From contig CM041465.1 in NCBI GenBank assembly GCA_023213395.1, positions 154,697,741 to 154,761,740 on the forward strand: a stretch of DNA of 64,000 bases, in the 5' to 3' direction. Under the pieces are notes generated by a model, which had not been told where the DNA came from, searched no databases, and saw only the letters and a program-made list of their open reading frames with translations. Source of the stretch: Cycas panzhihuaensis. Its lineage: Eukaryota > Plantae > Cycadophyta. Below, piece after piece: positions 1-13,347 of this stretch; within the stretch, counting starts at the first letter, position 1, and every line of letters starts with the position of its first letter. The position numbers and the translations under genes were made by a program.

Positions 1-517
1 CTGGGTGTTGTAAGGTGTAACTTTTCTACCCAAGCATTTTTTCAAACAAGAGACATGAAAGACATTATGGATATTCATATTTAAGAGAAGTTCAAGGGCA
101 TAGGTAACTTTACCAATCTTTTAGAGGACTTTATATAGACTATAATAATGTGGAATTAACTTATAGCCTTGATAAGACTTGAGGCATTTCTATTTATACT
201 GTTATAGGTGAAGGAACACTAGGTCTCCAATGTCAAATAACTAATTAGATTGGTAGTAATCAATGAGTTACTTCATGTGATTCTATGTAGTGGCTATGTT
301 TTAGATAAGGTTATGGAGGATTTGGTCCATCTCCTAAAGCTTTTATTCAGTTAAGATAGTTTAAAAATTAATTTCTAAGGTATGGTATTGAGGGAGATGA
401 TAACTATATAATGCCAAAAATGAGAATATGTAAATGGTTAATTGGTAATATGACTTATACCAATATTCTACCATGGAAAGCTAGGAGATCCACTTAGCTT
501 AGTATTTTAAGGGAAAG

Positions 518-518
<1 letters not shown>

Positions 519-578
<60 letters not shown>
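519..578. repeat. (TA)n(GA)n compound microsatellite inside the decayed integrase of A
   Basis: Directly visible. Confidence 0.95.
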
Positions 579-582
<4 letters not shown>

Positions 583-1210
583 TTTAAGACCTAATATTGA
601 CCATTTATTTGAGGATGGTAAGCAGAACTCATGTTGAATGAGGTTCTTATGGCTTTAAAGAATTCTTACCAAAAGGAGCTAGCAAACTTAGGACCTTAAT
701 CATAAATGATAGTCAAGGGAAATCCATGAAGGCATAAAATAAATTGGAGCTACATGTCAATAAGACAAGAATATATATACGAGGTGTGTATTAGGAAGAA
801 ATATAAATACTTAATTAATCTATCAATGACCACTTAAATAGAGTTAAAACTAATAGACGTAGATAGGCTAGTGATAAAATCCATGGCAATATCTTTCCAT
901 TTATCTTATAGAAAGTGTATTGGTTGGAGGAGGCCTAATAGGGATTTACTATCTACCTTATTATACTAAAAAATGTCACACTTTGATACAAAGGTAAAGA
1001 TGGTAGGTTTTATGTAGGGTAAAAAGAAATCTATATAATTACATTCATAGGTTATATCAAATTCTAAATGGCCCCTAGGTAAATAGAGTGGTACTCTATT
1101 AAAATTCAAGAGATAAATGAGGAGGATAGGTGTACAAAGATTTAATTCCTAAATAACAAATAGTTTTTGTAGGTTGACAAACCTTTTTAGATGAGAGCCT
1201 TTTTACTCTA

Positions 1211-3016
1211 TTTCCTGGCTACCGAGAATGGACATAGACGAGTTGAATCAGGTAAGTACAAGTATGCTTTTATCCCTTGCCTTTGCAAATTCTAAGAAAG
1301 GCAAATTGAAGCATTTTTTTACACTAAATTGAAGCATTTACTTAGTTCATTTCGTGACTATTATGCATATGTTGCTTGATCATGTTGCATTATACCACTT
1401 CAGCCTATGACAATCTAGGGATATGCATCCCATGGTGCTCCACAACCCTCCTCCACATCTCCACATTGTTCCCAAGTACCAATTGGCTCCTGTAGCCCGA
1501 TCACATCTCTGTTGACACATCTCAACCTCTCAGCACCTTGCCTAGGCATGGTTGGTGTTTCTTCACACGTTTATTAACTTTTTGGGAGCTTCTCGCCTTT
1601 GATATTTCACCTATCGTAGGTTTTCTAGGTCGTATGACTATCTCCTGCCACCTGCATAGAGTGTCATGCCCCTTAGGCCTCAAGCATCCCCTTTTTCCCG
1701 AGCTTCCAAACTTCCTTTTCTTATTTCTTTACCGCACCATGGTAAAGATCGCGGTACCACCGCAAACTTTGTGATACTGCAAACTTTACTGTAGGGCAAC
1801 TATTATTTTCTATTTTTTAAAATATGTCGTGGCTAATTTCATATTTATCATGAAATTGCCACGTGGAAAATACGTATTGTTGTCCCAAGCTAAACCCTAA
1901 TTACTCGATTGATCTAGGGTTGGGTTTAAAACCCCAAAAAATCCCTCATTTCTTCCTCTTCCATTCTAAAAAAAAAAACTCTCTCTCACTCACTCTTCAC
2001 TGCTTCGTACAGAAACGTCCTATAAATATCTGATACATCAACTTTCTAACTTGAGATCAGCTCTCTACAGCTCCAAATTTGTAGCAGTAGACCTACAACA
2101 AGGCTGCCTCAAGGAAGGATGCACTCCAAGTTTGCCATCAAGTATAAATATCTCTCCTTAGTCCAGTTTTTACCTTTAAACTACAACTCCTTTGGGGTTT
2201 CGCCTGTAAACCCTCTAGAACAAGCCTTCCTCTATCCTTTTTAGGTAGATCTGTCTCTGATCTACCTACAACAACTTCTCTTGTTTGGTTTTACTCCTTT
2301 CAAATATTAAAAAGTTGTTTGTATGTCCTGTATAACACTTGTTTCCTTTATTTTTCCTTGCTGCGCATGGGAGGCAAACCCTCCATTTTCTTGCCTTTTT
2401 ATTATTTACTTTTAGACCTTCCTTGGTTTTTCCAAGGAGGTAATGAGGAAGAGGTCATAAAGGAGAGTGAAAGGAGTCAAGGCAAGTTCTGTACCCAACG
2501 AGCCTTCTCCTCAAGGGCATCCCCCTTCTCTCCCTTTCTCTTCCTCCTCTGTGCTTCTCTTGGGTTTCCAGAGGGCTACCAAAAGAGGGGTCATCACTAG
2601 TAGTAGCGCATGTAGCCTATTGTTGCACTAGTTTTTAGTTTTGTGTGCCTTACATGAGTAAGAATCGCAGCCCTGAACTAAACCTTGCCTATCATTTGGT
2701 GTTAGGTAAGTTTGAAGTTGTAAAAGTTGCACTCCATGACCTTTTGCAACATTGACCAACCATACAACTTTGCAGCAACCTGCCATTCATATCTTTAGCT
2801 TTTGATACATTAACCTTGCTTGCTACCTTGGTGCTTGGATAGCATGGATTGTTGTAGGCTTAGAGGGTTAGCCATTCTGAGGCTAACAACATCCTTTTCC
2901 CCTCGTTGTCCCTTTTGATATTTCTTACAAAGCTAACATAAAAAGGGAATGGAAAGGTGATTTTGTTATAAATATTTCTCGAAATTAGATAGCTTGCATT
3001 GCACTATTTTATATAT

Positions 3017-3064
<48 letters not shown>

Positions 3065-4377
3065 GTGCTCTAGCAGCCTCGAGGAGGGGCAGACATTACT
3101 TGGTTTTAGGTTCCTTTCTCGCCGCACATGGAGAAGGAGGAAAGCATTCTAATCTAGGTACATTCTCACCCTTTTCTTCTAGATATTTCTTTTGAGTCCT
3201 TTTGTTATAGCTCTTTATTTTTTTCCTTTCCATTTTTTCCTTTCGATTTAGGGAAGGTAAGGAAACCCCTACCCTTATTTGCGGGCACTACTACGTCAAG
3301 CCACTCGCAGTTTGAGAGTAACATAAGGAAGGCAAATATCACAAAGGGATAGTGCTCCTTCAGCTGCCTAGTTTCCAAGTACGCTCCTCTCTCCCCTTTA
3401 GCCCTTTTCCTCTTTCTTTATTTCCTTTATCCCCATGCATCATACCTAAAGGAAAAGGAAAAGAAAAAGAGAATTTGCATATGTCATCCACATCTAGTTA
3501 ATTTGCTTACTTACTTAATAAAAGCTCATCAAATAGGGACCGCATCCATTGGATGTCTATTTGTTACATGTTTCCTTGAGCTCACATCCTTTGCATGCAT
3601 CTTGCCTCACATACTGCTACTTTGCCAATCTCCCTCTCTTCTTGCATTTGAAAATTAAAAGAGAGTGAGGACATGCATGAGTGAGCAAACGAGTGGTTTT
3701 GTTTATGTTGTTATTTTCCTTATTTTAAGAAAAAACCTATCTTGCATACGAAAACATAAGATCATATACATAACCTCATCCCTACACACATTGCATATCA
3801 ACCTACGTGCACAAGAATTAGAACTTTTCTCCATTACTATCTCACATCCCTAAAACTATCTTAGGCGTAGCGCCTTAAGGGTCCCCCTCCATTTAAGACT
3901 CCCATTTTCTCATTGCTCTTTATTGCACTTATTACAACTAAGTAACCTTAGTGTGACCTTTGAGCTAGTTCCACACCCATAGGATTGGTCACCCCTCTAT
4001 TCCTTCATGAGTGCACACTACTCTCGCTTCTTGCCTAGAATGACCTCTCCCATCTCTTTCTTCCAAAGTGAGGAGCCATCCTCTTGCTTGTCTTCTCCTC
4101 CCACCTTAGGCCATCCAAGGGTGGGAGGGCCTATCTTTCAAGGTTACTCGGGAACCTGAGGATATCCCTCATCTCTTTCACCCCCCAACTAAGGTAGAGT
4201 TACTTCGAAGGGAGTTTGTGCACCATTTATAGGTCTCGAACCTATGTTCCGATGCACAAACGCCCTTTGTGGGTGATCTCCTTCACTTGCCAAATATATC
4301 TTTACTTTAGGACCTCTTCGTTGGTTGACTTGATCTTAACCAAGTGTGGTTATCCCTCCCAGAGGTATGATTCCACA
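1211..4377. mobile_element. 3167-bp non-coding insertion, probable long solo LTR (Ogre/Tat- or Athila-size)
   Basis: Gypsy A sequence on either side joins up seamlessly (compared with H at ~59900-60000). Flanks ctcta (1206-1210) and ctcca (4378-4382) form a 5-bp TSD with one transition. It ends in ...CACA but starts TTT rather than TGT. It is richer in GC and CpG than its host, has TATAAATA at 2021-2028, and has no TE protein ORF. Confidence 0.6.
3020..3059. repeat. (TA)n microsatellite
   Basis: Directly visible. Confidence 0.95.
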
Positions 4378-4899
4378 CTCCAATAGGAGTAGTCAAGTTG
4401 ATCTTAGTTTTTAGAATACAATCCATTAAGCCAAATAGGATGGAAATTTGATATAGCATAAATATTAGGGTTGGGGGTACTAGAATCAAGGTGGAGGTGA
4501 GAAAGAGCATCTATAATCATGTTGTCTTTACCTTCCTTATAAGAAATTATAAAGTCAAAGACCTATATATAATTAATCTATTTAGCATGTTCTTCTAATA
4601 GAACTAGCTGATTTAATAGACTATGGAGGCTATGGTGGGGATAATAAGTTTTAACCCTAAGAGATATTGATGCCCCTCATCCATAGTGTACAAGATAGAT
4701 CTTATATTCTTCTAGTTTATGGAGAGTCAAAGTTTGTGATCTTTCAATTTTTAACTTTCAAATATAATAGGATGGTAGTCTTACATAAGAACCATGTCCA
4801 AGTTGAATCCTAATACATCACATTTAAGTTTGAATGGTTGGGTAAAATTAGGACTGATAAGGATTAGGATAGAGGTCATTACTATTTTGAGATGGAAAG

Positions 4900-5620
4900 A
4901 AGATAACTTCAGCCTTTGAAGACCATTTAAAGGAGTCTTTATAGAGAAGGTTGATTCATGGAGCTACTAGAGAGGTGTAGTTTCACACAAAATAATAGTA
5001 AAGCCCTATAAAGATAAGGAATACTTATAGTTATAAGGGATTAATTGGTGTCAACTAGGTAGTGTTAACCAATATTTTATCAGGATCCACCCATACCACT
5101 TTTGTATATAATTAGTGTTGGTGTAATATTTAGAAAACCATCTCTAGATGATAAATGCAATGGTCCAAGTAAGAACTATAGATAAGGATATCATTGAAGA
5201 AGACGATGATAAATTTTTTAAGACTAGGGTAAAAGCTCTTATTCATGAGTGCTTAGAAGGTGGTGGGTGCATCACAAAGGCTGAAAGGCATCACTCAAAA
5301 CTCAAAGTGACCATGAAAGCTTGAAGTGGCCATGACATGTTTTGAAAGTTGTCTTATTATAGTCCTCTAGAGCAATAAAGATTTGATAATAGATAAATTA
5401 TAAATTTAGCTTAAGAAAGATCGAGGCTCTATGGATCTCCTCTAACATATCATCTATCTTTGGAGTGGGAAACTTATTTTTTATGGCAATCTTATTAAGT
5501 TCCTTATAATCCATATAAAGTTAAAAAGATCCATCTTTCTTCCTAATGAAAACTATTAAAGCTACAAAGGGGATTTTGCTTGGATGGATTATTTTTATAT
5601 CCATCAACTTGATAGTGATT
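4900..5620 (-). pseudogene. Ty3/gypsy reverse transcriptase remnant (element A)
   Basis: Manual minus-strand translation shows MPFSL/APTTF and the FFNDILIY (YxDD-region) motif, with many stops and frameshifts. Confidence 0.8.
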
Positions 5621-8600
5621 TCTTAATTTCCTTTTCCTAAAAGTAAGAATTTCTATATGGACATAGGTTAATTACGACATGATTTAATAGGAGGTCAATT
5701 ATATGGTAGAAATCATAGTTAGATGGGGTAGTAGTAGGAAGAGAAGCAAATACTTATACTTAGTAACAGCATCCAAGATATATGCATGAATTTAAGGGTC
5801 AACTTAAATGTTATTAAGGTAAACTATATAACTAAGGTTGGATTAAAGGTATCTTTGTATGTGGCGTAGCAAAAATAATTAGTTTAGTGGGGACTATAAC
5901 CCATAGATTATATGCATCTTGATCATTTGCTCCTTGAACAATATGAATGGATTAGTTGGGGAGTTGTTTATACTATAAGTTCCTAAGGTTTATAACTACT
6001 AGATTCTTAATATTACATTCGATCCTACTATCAATAATATGTAAAAATCCAAGGTCAAGAGGTATGTGTCAATTTGGATATGTAAGATTTTTATGACACC
6101 AACATAGTGGAGCTTCTCGTACATTAGTAAGGAGCATGTGAAGCTAATCTTTGGTATAACATAGAGATTTAGTTACCAAGCCAATGAGATGTCAATAAAG
6201 TTCAAGTATATACCATAGTCAATTAGGATTGACATTAGAATTTATGGAGAATGCCCTTGACTCATAGGGGTTCAAGATAAGAGATGGAGGCTATATATGA
6301 TAAGGATACTTTAGGTTGAGTATCAAGGGTGGGGTTTTCTTAGAATTCTTTATCAACCTTAGGCTTTAAATTAAAATATGAGTGTTCATCAGGGGATAAG
6401 ATGGGGTCAATAGAAAATATCATATGCCTCACTTTACAAATGCATCCATGGCTGATAGTCCACTTTTTTTAGCACTAAATATAGATGTTAACCTCTATTT
6501 AACATCATACTTCTACTTGTGAGATTTATACTTTTTCTTGTGAGGGTTTAATTTGTTGTAGGGTGAGCTACATCATCAAGTTGAGGTTAGGGATACTAAA
6601 AATCTATTTGTGGTTGAGCTATATCATCAAATAAAGATTGAGGCCATTCGAAGTCTATCTAATAGGGTCATGAGAACCATGGGTTATCCCATCAAGTGGG
6701 TAAGGGTCTTTTGGCTATAAATTTTGCCTCTACTACTCTAGTAATTTTGATAGATTCCTTAAGAGAGTTTATATATAGGGTCTTGAGGCACATTTAAATA
6801 TGATCCTAGAGACCTACTACAAAAATATTTATCAAGGTTTATTTATCCGAACTTTAGATTATTGAGGATTGATTGTACAATACTTGAAATTTATCTATAA
6901 AGACCTCTACTGATGATGTTTATTTAAGTCATGTCAATTGAGTAAATAAAGACTAACTCCAAGTGTCCTCATATTGCTCAAAGAAATAATTTATGGAGTA
7001 TAAATACATAATATTTAAAGGGTATTCTATTTTCTACTAATTAAACTAGTGATGAATTTTTCTATCTACATGGATAAAGGCATATAATAGATGATCTTCT
7101 TCAGTCATTAGATTGAGAGTGAAGTAGGATTCTAATTTATTTATCTAGCTACAAGTGTATTCTTTATTTAAATCAGGATCAAAGTTGGGATATTAATTTC
7201 ATGGTGGAGTTATTGTCACCTTGGTAGATGGCCTCCCTAAGGTGCATTGCTTCCTTGTAGAGGGTGAGAAGGAGGCGAGTTAGTTGTCATATTTGATGTC
7301 CCTATGTTATTAAAAATAGATACATTATTTGAGTATCCAAGGCTAAAAAATCTAACTTCAATGGGATGTTAGCTAAATCTACCTTAGAAGGGAGATTGAC
7401 TAACTCAACCTTCATCTCTTATAAAAAAGGATCAAGCTCTATCTCTAGTAAAGTGTTTTTTTCTCTTTGTATATGTGCCATCAGAAAGATAGAATGGGAT
7501 TTCAAGGAGTGAAACTTAGTAGAAAGAAGGATAAATACACAAAATAGGGAAGAACAAGAAATAATGGGTTTTAAGAAATAAAGAATGCCTTAATAAAAGG
7601 ATAAGGTAAAGAAGGGAAAAAGAGGGAGGAAAGGACACTTGGGGTGTCTATAGCCTATTGACCCTAAAATTTAAGGAACATAATCACCTAGTAAATTTGG
7701 ATAAGTGTGAAAAACTTGTTAAAATATGATAGATAAATTATAGGGATGAAATTTTGGCGATGGGACCCACTAGTCACCCAAGTGTCGTTATACTAAAAAA
7801 CTAACTATAAAAATTGACCTAATGTATATTGATCAATGAAATATACTTATTAAAATAGGATGTGTAAATTTTAAATATAATTTTTTTAGATGTTGAATCT
7901 TTTCTTTTTTTTTGTGGCAAGTTTGATTATTTAAGTCATTTCTAATTCTAGTGAATATTAAGAAAGTTATAGCCTTATCTTTGTAAGTCCACACTTCTAG
8001 TGATAGATGTTCAACAAATATTTAATAGACTTAGTTTCTTTGCAAGGGGTGGTTAAATTAGAGGATACTAGACTCTAATAATAAGAGTGCTTAGTCTTAT
8101 AGCCCTGATGATAAATCTCTTTTTAGTGGTTGAAAATGGGCAGTTTTATAGCACTAATCACTAACCACTATACTACAAGACTTTGGTAACCAATCAGTTT
8201 CTTATTCTAGGTAGGATAAGGGAACCTATAAGGATCCTCTGATATACCTAAGATGCATGGAGACTTGATTCCATAGCTAAGTTCTATACAAGACTCGGTT
8301 CAATAGATTTAACTAAAGTCCTTCATATAAGAGTAAAGAAGCCACAATAAAGTTAGACCAAAATGATAGATTCTCATGATATTGTAGATTACTGACACTG
8401 GGTATCTAGTTATCTAAGGTGAGTAACTACTAAGCAGAGATCTACCTAAGAAAAAGGGAGGGAGGGAATGGAAAAAGTAGCTACCAAGCAGTGTAGTCTA
8501 CCTTTAAACTAAAATTTAAATAACTGGAATAAAGTATTATAAGAGAAAGGTTATAAGTGTCACCAAGTAAAGAAAACAAAAAAATTCCCTTTTTTAGCTC

Positions 8601-9690
8601 CTGAATATCTCCACAAGGTTCTCTAACCTTACTCTAACACCACTTGCAACTTATTTGTCTAATATTATCCTTATTAATCTAATGAAGAAAAAAAGTTAAG
8701 AGAATAGATAAAGCACTTCTATTAACTTTAGAGGCCGATATTATAGAATAGTTCATATAATGGGCATAAATGAGTACCAAAGGAGTTTACTTGGATATTG
8801 GAGGCTAGTAGTTATTGGAGATCTCTTTCATTAGAGATGCATGTCGTAGGCATCCCTCCTTCATTAAGAATTAAGGCAATAACCCCCATACTATTGGGTT
8901 TTCTTTCTCTTTTCTAATTATTATTTGTCTTCTTTTTAATTTTTAAATTATTTTATGCTTTTTTTTTTCCAGTTTCTATTGAATCATTTACATATTTCAT
9001 TTCTCTATTATATAAGTGTCTTATAGGGAATAGATGCTTAGAATTATCCATTGAGCTTAGAAAGTGGTGTTAACTCTACCAATTTTGAGGCTCTACTTAT
9101 ATCAACTTCTTGTCAGCTTTACATTATTACTTTCTTTTTAATTTATAACATCTTTTAGTTATTAAATGTTATAATTTAATTACAAGTATTAATCTAGAAA
9201 GTGAATGAGCACTCTAACTTGTTATTGTACAAGTTAGAGGCTTTTAGAGTAAATTAGAGACTCCTTTTTCTTACCTAATCTTCTTACCAAAAGAAAGTAT
9301 ATATTGTATAACTAGGGTGTCACCTAAATTTCACTATCTTTATAAAAATATATGACCCCCCTAAAAAAAAGCTTTAAACTCATTTTCATATAATTTAAAT
9401 AATAGTTGAAAGTTTTCTTCATCATAGCTTGATTTAACAAGTAGAAATATTATGATATTTTTTCTAGAAGTTTATGAATTGATGTATGTAACAAACTTGG
9501 ATTTGAGTTAATTGGTAGTTTGGAGTTCATAGGATTTTACAGGCTAAAAACAGTTTATGAGAATATTTGGAGTGAATTCTAGGTTTTCTTATTAAAATCC
9601 TCATCCCATAGGTTTTATTTCAAAATAAAAAGATTTAACATCGTATGATTCAATTTCCTACTTTTATTTAAAAAGAAAAAAAAAGGTAAG

Positions 9691-10025
9691 TGAAGTAAAT
9701 AGGGGAACATAGTAGAACAAGACTTAATCTATATTTATAAAAGAATGTAACATAAAGAACATAAAAATCAATATTAAGTATCCATTATAACAAAATTTTG
9801 GCATAATGGCAGTGTTGATAAATACCTTTGGGCAAAATACCACTTATTTATGGTTGGGATATTAGGATGGAACCAACCATCAACCAACACTTTTGAAATT
9901 TAAAATAATAATATAAAATACATACTTGGAAGCTATTAGATGTTGTTAGCAGCTATTGATGGCTTGTGAAGTCCTAAGGTAACTTATGCACACCTTTAAT
10001 AAAATAATAAAAATTATTACTAATA
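9691..10025 (-). repeat. 3' LTR of element B
   Basis: Aligns with 13013-13347 and adjoins the PPT. Confidence 0.85.
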
Positions 10026-10044
10026 TTCTCTCCCATAATATTAA

Positions 10045-10762
10045 TTATATGTAATGCTAAGTTTCTCTTTAAATTTATAGAACTTGAACTTTAGAAAGAC
10101 CTTAGGGAAGAGATCTGATGCCTACTCCTTTTCTTTGTGATAAACTAATTCTATATCACCATCCTATATTGATTCCATTGTAACGTAGGCCTCTTGAAGG
10201 GTATGAGGCTCATGTAGTTCCCAAACCTATCTTAGTAGGACAAAGTTGACTTAATTTGAATGAGTAGATCTAGAGGATTTAACTTCATTAGGATCTTTGT
10301 CTTTCTCAACTTTAACCTTACGATGATCATTTACTTTGTTGGAGCCATTTAGGTCAATGGTACATACAACATTATCAAATACAATATTGTGATCATATTC
10401 TAACATCTATCCCATAGATAACATATCATCAACATATCTAGTTTCCCTTAATTCAATAATTTTAGCTCCTCCATAAATCAATTCCAAAGTATCCCATGCA
10501 TTCTTTGATATAGTTATTTCACTTATGCTTGAGAATATGTAGTCATCCAATGTATAAAATATTAATGCTAATACTTCATTGTCTTTCTTCATATTTTCTT
10601 TAAAGATTTGTTCATCTTCTAAGGTAGCATTGTCACCTAACCATCCTTCACAAAATTCTAAAGATTTTTAGTAATTAAAAATGATTTCATTAATTTACTC
10701 TAAAGTAAAAAATCAGTTCTATCAAATGTAGGTATAAGCATATTATCAATATTTATTGCTAT
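10045..10762 (-). pseudogene. Chimeric copia remnant: gag N-terminus, pre-RT linker and RNase H tail
   Basis: KKDNEVLALIFYTL...KNAWDTLELIYGG (gag), then VNFVL..EPHTLQEA, then DLFPKVFLKFKFYKFKEKL. Confidence 0.7.
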
Positions 10763-13012
10763 TATGAAAAAAAAACTTTAATACATAATCCAAATAAAAT
10801 ACATGTTTATATGTGAAAATAAATTTTATGTGTGGTCTTATTAATCAAATAAGGTTCCTTCTTAATCAATAAGTGAAAGTAACTTGACAATGAAATGAAA
10901 TAAATGTAAGATAAATGGCCATTTTTTAATGAAATAAATATGAAACTAATAAACTTTTAAAGGGATTTTTAAAATGATATGAAATATAAAGAAAATAAAT
11001 GAGTCTTTGAATGAGCTTTTAAAGAAGCAATAAGATGCACTCTATGCTAACTTTTAAGTGCAATAAAGAACCTTGATTCAGCTTTGAAAATAAACTTTAA
11101 TAATGAAACATAAGCAACCCTTAAATGAGCTAAATTAGCCTAATATGAGCTTCGAAATAAAGATATATAAGCTTAAAATGATATAAAGTGTAAATGAGCT
11201 TGCAAGATGCACTAAATGCACTTTATATAAGCCTTTAAGGTGTAAAAAAAAAAGACTTAAATGATCTTTGAAATATACCTTAATAATGAAGCAAAAAATA
11301 ACCTTTAAATGGGAAAAAATAAACTAACTTTAAACTTTAAAATAAAAGTGAATAAGCTAAAACTAAACTAAAGTGAAATGGAAGTTTTAAAATAAAATGA
11401 TGTAGGGTTTAAAAGGTATTTTATATGTGAAATGATCTCCAAATATTCTCTTCTCCTTCAAGATGTAAAATTTCACTAAAATCTTCCAAAAATCATATGT
11501 AAGCCTAAAAAAATCAAGTGAAATTAGCTAAAGCTCAATTAATATTTCAATAAAATATAAGTATGCTTGAATATAATCATTAAATAACTCAAAAATACTG
11601 AAAAGAGCTCAAACAAAAGCGCTCAAACTCAGGTTAAATAGAAGGGCTAATATTAGTAGCCTCAAACTTCTATAAAATAGTTTCAAACAACAATGAAAAT
11701 AGATTTAGTATATAGATTAGTAAACCAAGTTTCCAACAAATCCAACTGCTCATAAAATGGAATCCGAGATCAAAAGTTATAAGAAAAATAGTGAAGACAT
11801 CATCTTGTAATAAAAAACTAAATTTTGGGGGTGGGGGTTAAGCCCCTTTCAATGTAGCCATTGGTTACTTGAAGAGCATAAGAAACCAGTTGCTAGTCAA
11901 TGAAGAGGGCTAGTAGACCTCAAACTTTATGAAAAGTAATTAAATCTTTTAAAATCCAAATTAATTAAAAATAACTTATAAAATTTAAAATTTAGGAACC
12001 TTTTCAATAGAAATAAGGTCATATGAGGGGCCAAATGACCATGGCTAGGGGCTAAACAAGGTTATAACTCAAAAATTATAAAATAAAATAAAATTTAGCT
12101 AAACTATATAAAACTTTAGAAGAAATAAATCAAAAATTAAAAATTTTCAACATAAATAAAATTCAGACGTCTGTGCGCCCAAGAAAATGAACAGAGAACT
12201 CGTTCTCTTCATAGAGAACTCAAATTGATATAAAATTTTAAGGGAAGCAAGAGATACCTAAAGCAACGACACACCTCAAGTTTTATTAGATTTTGCTAAG
12301 CAAAGAGCCAGAATGAAGCAATAGAATATTTAGAGGTTGAACAACTTATATGGAGTTTGTACAGCCAAAATAGAGACTAAAATCTATCAAGAAGAGTCTC
12401 ACCTAGCCAATAATAGGCTTACAACCTAGATCCACAGAGATTAGAGAGAAATCAAAGCATAAACTATTGATTTTCAAATGGTGCATTGAGGTTTCAGTAG
12501 GCAACTAGAGAGGGTGAGCTTCTGGAAGCACTATCTCCACCGAGAGGCAATGAAATTCGAAACCATCGAATCTAGTGCAGAGTTGACTCACATAAATTTC
12601 AAATGAATGGTCACTTAAGATAGTTTCAACCACTGTGGAGAGTGCACCAGCCTATAAAAGTGTAGATTTATAAAAAAACCTCAAAAAATAATAATAAAAC
12701 TATTAAAATCTTATAAAATATTAAATGAAATGTCAGTGTAATGGATTTAAACAAATGCTGGGTTGTTTATGCCAACTATTGCAACATAGATGTGAGAAAA
12801 TATAAATTCTATTAAGTATATGAATCAAAATAGTCAAATATTTAATAAAATAATACAAAAATCTATTAATAAACTTTATAAAAGTGAATAAAAATTTAAT
12901 ATAATACTTGCCATGAGTTGTTTTTTATAAATCTTCACTTCAAAATTAATAAATATTTACTTTGATGCCTAATGTAGTTAAATGAAGCCAACCCAAAAGC
13001 TCTGATACCAAA

Positions 13013-13347
13013 TTTAGTAAATAGGGAAACATAGTGGAACATGACTTAATTCATATTTCCAAAAGAATATAATAAAAAGAATATAAAGATCAATATTAGG
13101 TATCCATTATAACAAAATTTTAGCATAATGGTAATGTTGATAAACACCTTTAGAAAAAATGTAACTTATTTATGGTTGGGAGGTTAAGAGGGAATACACC
13201 ATTAACCAACACTTTTGAAATTTAAAATAATAATATAAAATATGTACCTGATGACTATTGGAGGTTGTTGGCGACTATTAATGGCTTGTGAATTCCCAAG
13301 GTAACTTATGCATACCTTTAATAAAATAATAAACATTATTGCTAATA
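13013..13347 (-). repeat. 5' LTR of element B
   Basis: Aligns with 9691-10025 and lies 2 nt from the PBS. Confidence 0.85.

Larger units (their letters stand above)
1..8644 (-). mobile_element. Element A: decayed Ty3/gypsy (chromovirus-like) LTR retrotransposon internal region, truncated by the window start and interrupted by the 1211-4377 insert
   Basis: Minus strand gives an integrase C-terminal motif (IHNVFHVSCLKKCLG, ~25-75) and an RT motif (GHFEF*VMPFSL..APTTF..MNK..FIIVFFNDILIY, ~5185-5312). It is colinear with elements G and H. A degenerate PBS complement actctaacacca lies at 8631-8642, followed by ct-tg as in G. The 5' LTR after 8645 could not be delimited. Confidence 0.85.
9691..13347 (-). 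mobile_element. Element B: non-autonomous Ty1/copia derivative (3.66 kb, gag fragment only; TR-GAG/LARD-like)
   Basis: Direct repeats at 9691-10025 and 13013-13347. tRNA-Met PBS complement gctctgatacca at 12999-13010. PPT complement ttctctccc at 10026-10034. Gag-like peptide in ORF 10407-10592. No TSD recognised. Confidence 0.85.

Noticed and set aside
1538-3853. Short ORFs in the 3.17-kb insert (1538-1774, 2319-2600, 3665-3853)
   Set aside because: No recognisable domain and mostly non-ATG starts; expected by chance.
8085-8140. Hammerhead-ribozyme-like GTC..CTGATGA..GAAA (retrozyme idea); also CTGAGGA at ~4156
   Set aside because: Stems I-III cannot be formed, the motif is not conserved in the homologous G segment (~45870-45920), and the 4156 site has no downstream GAAA core.
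8645-9690. Possible 5' LTR of element A
   Set aside because: It follows a PBS relic, but does not visibly align with the G/H LTRs and the partner LTR is outside the window, so it cannot be delimited.
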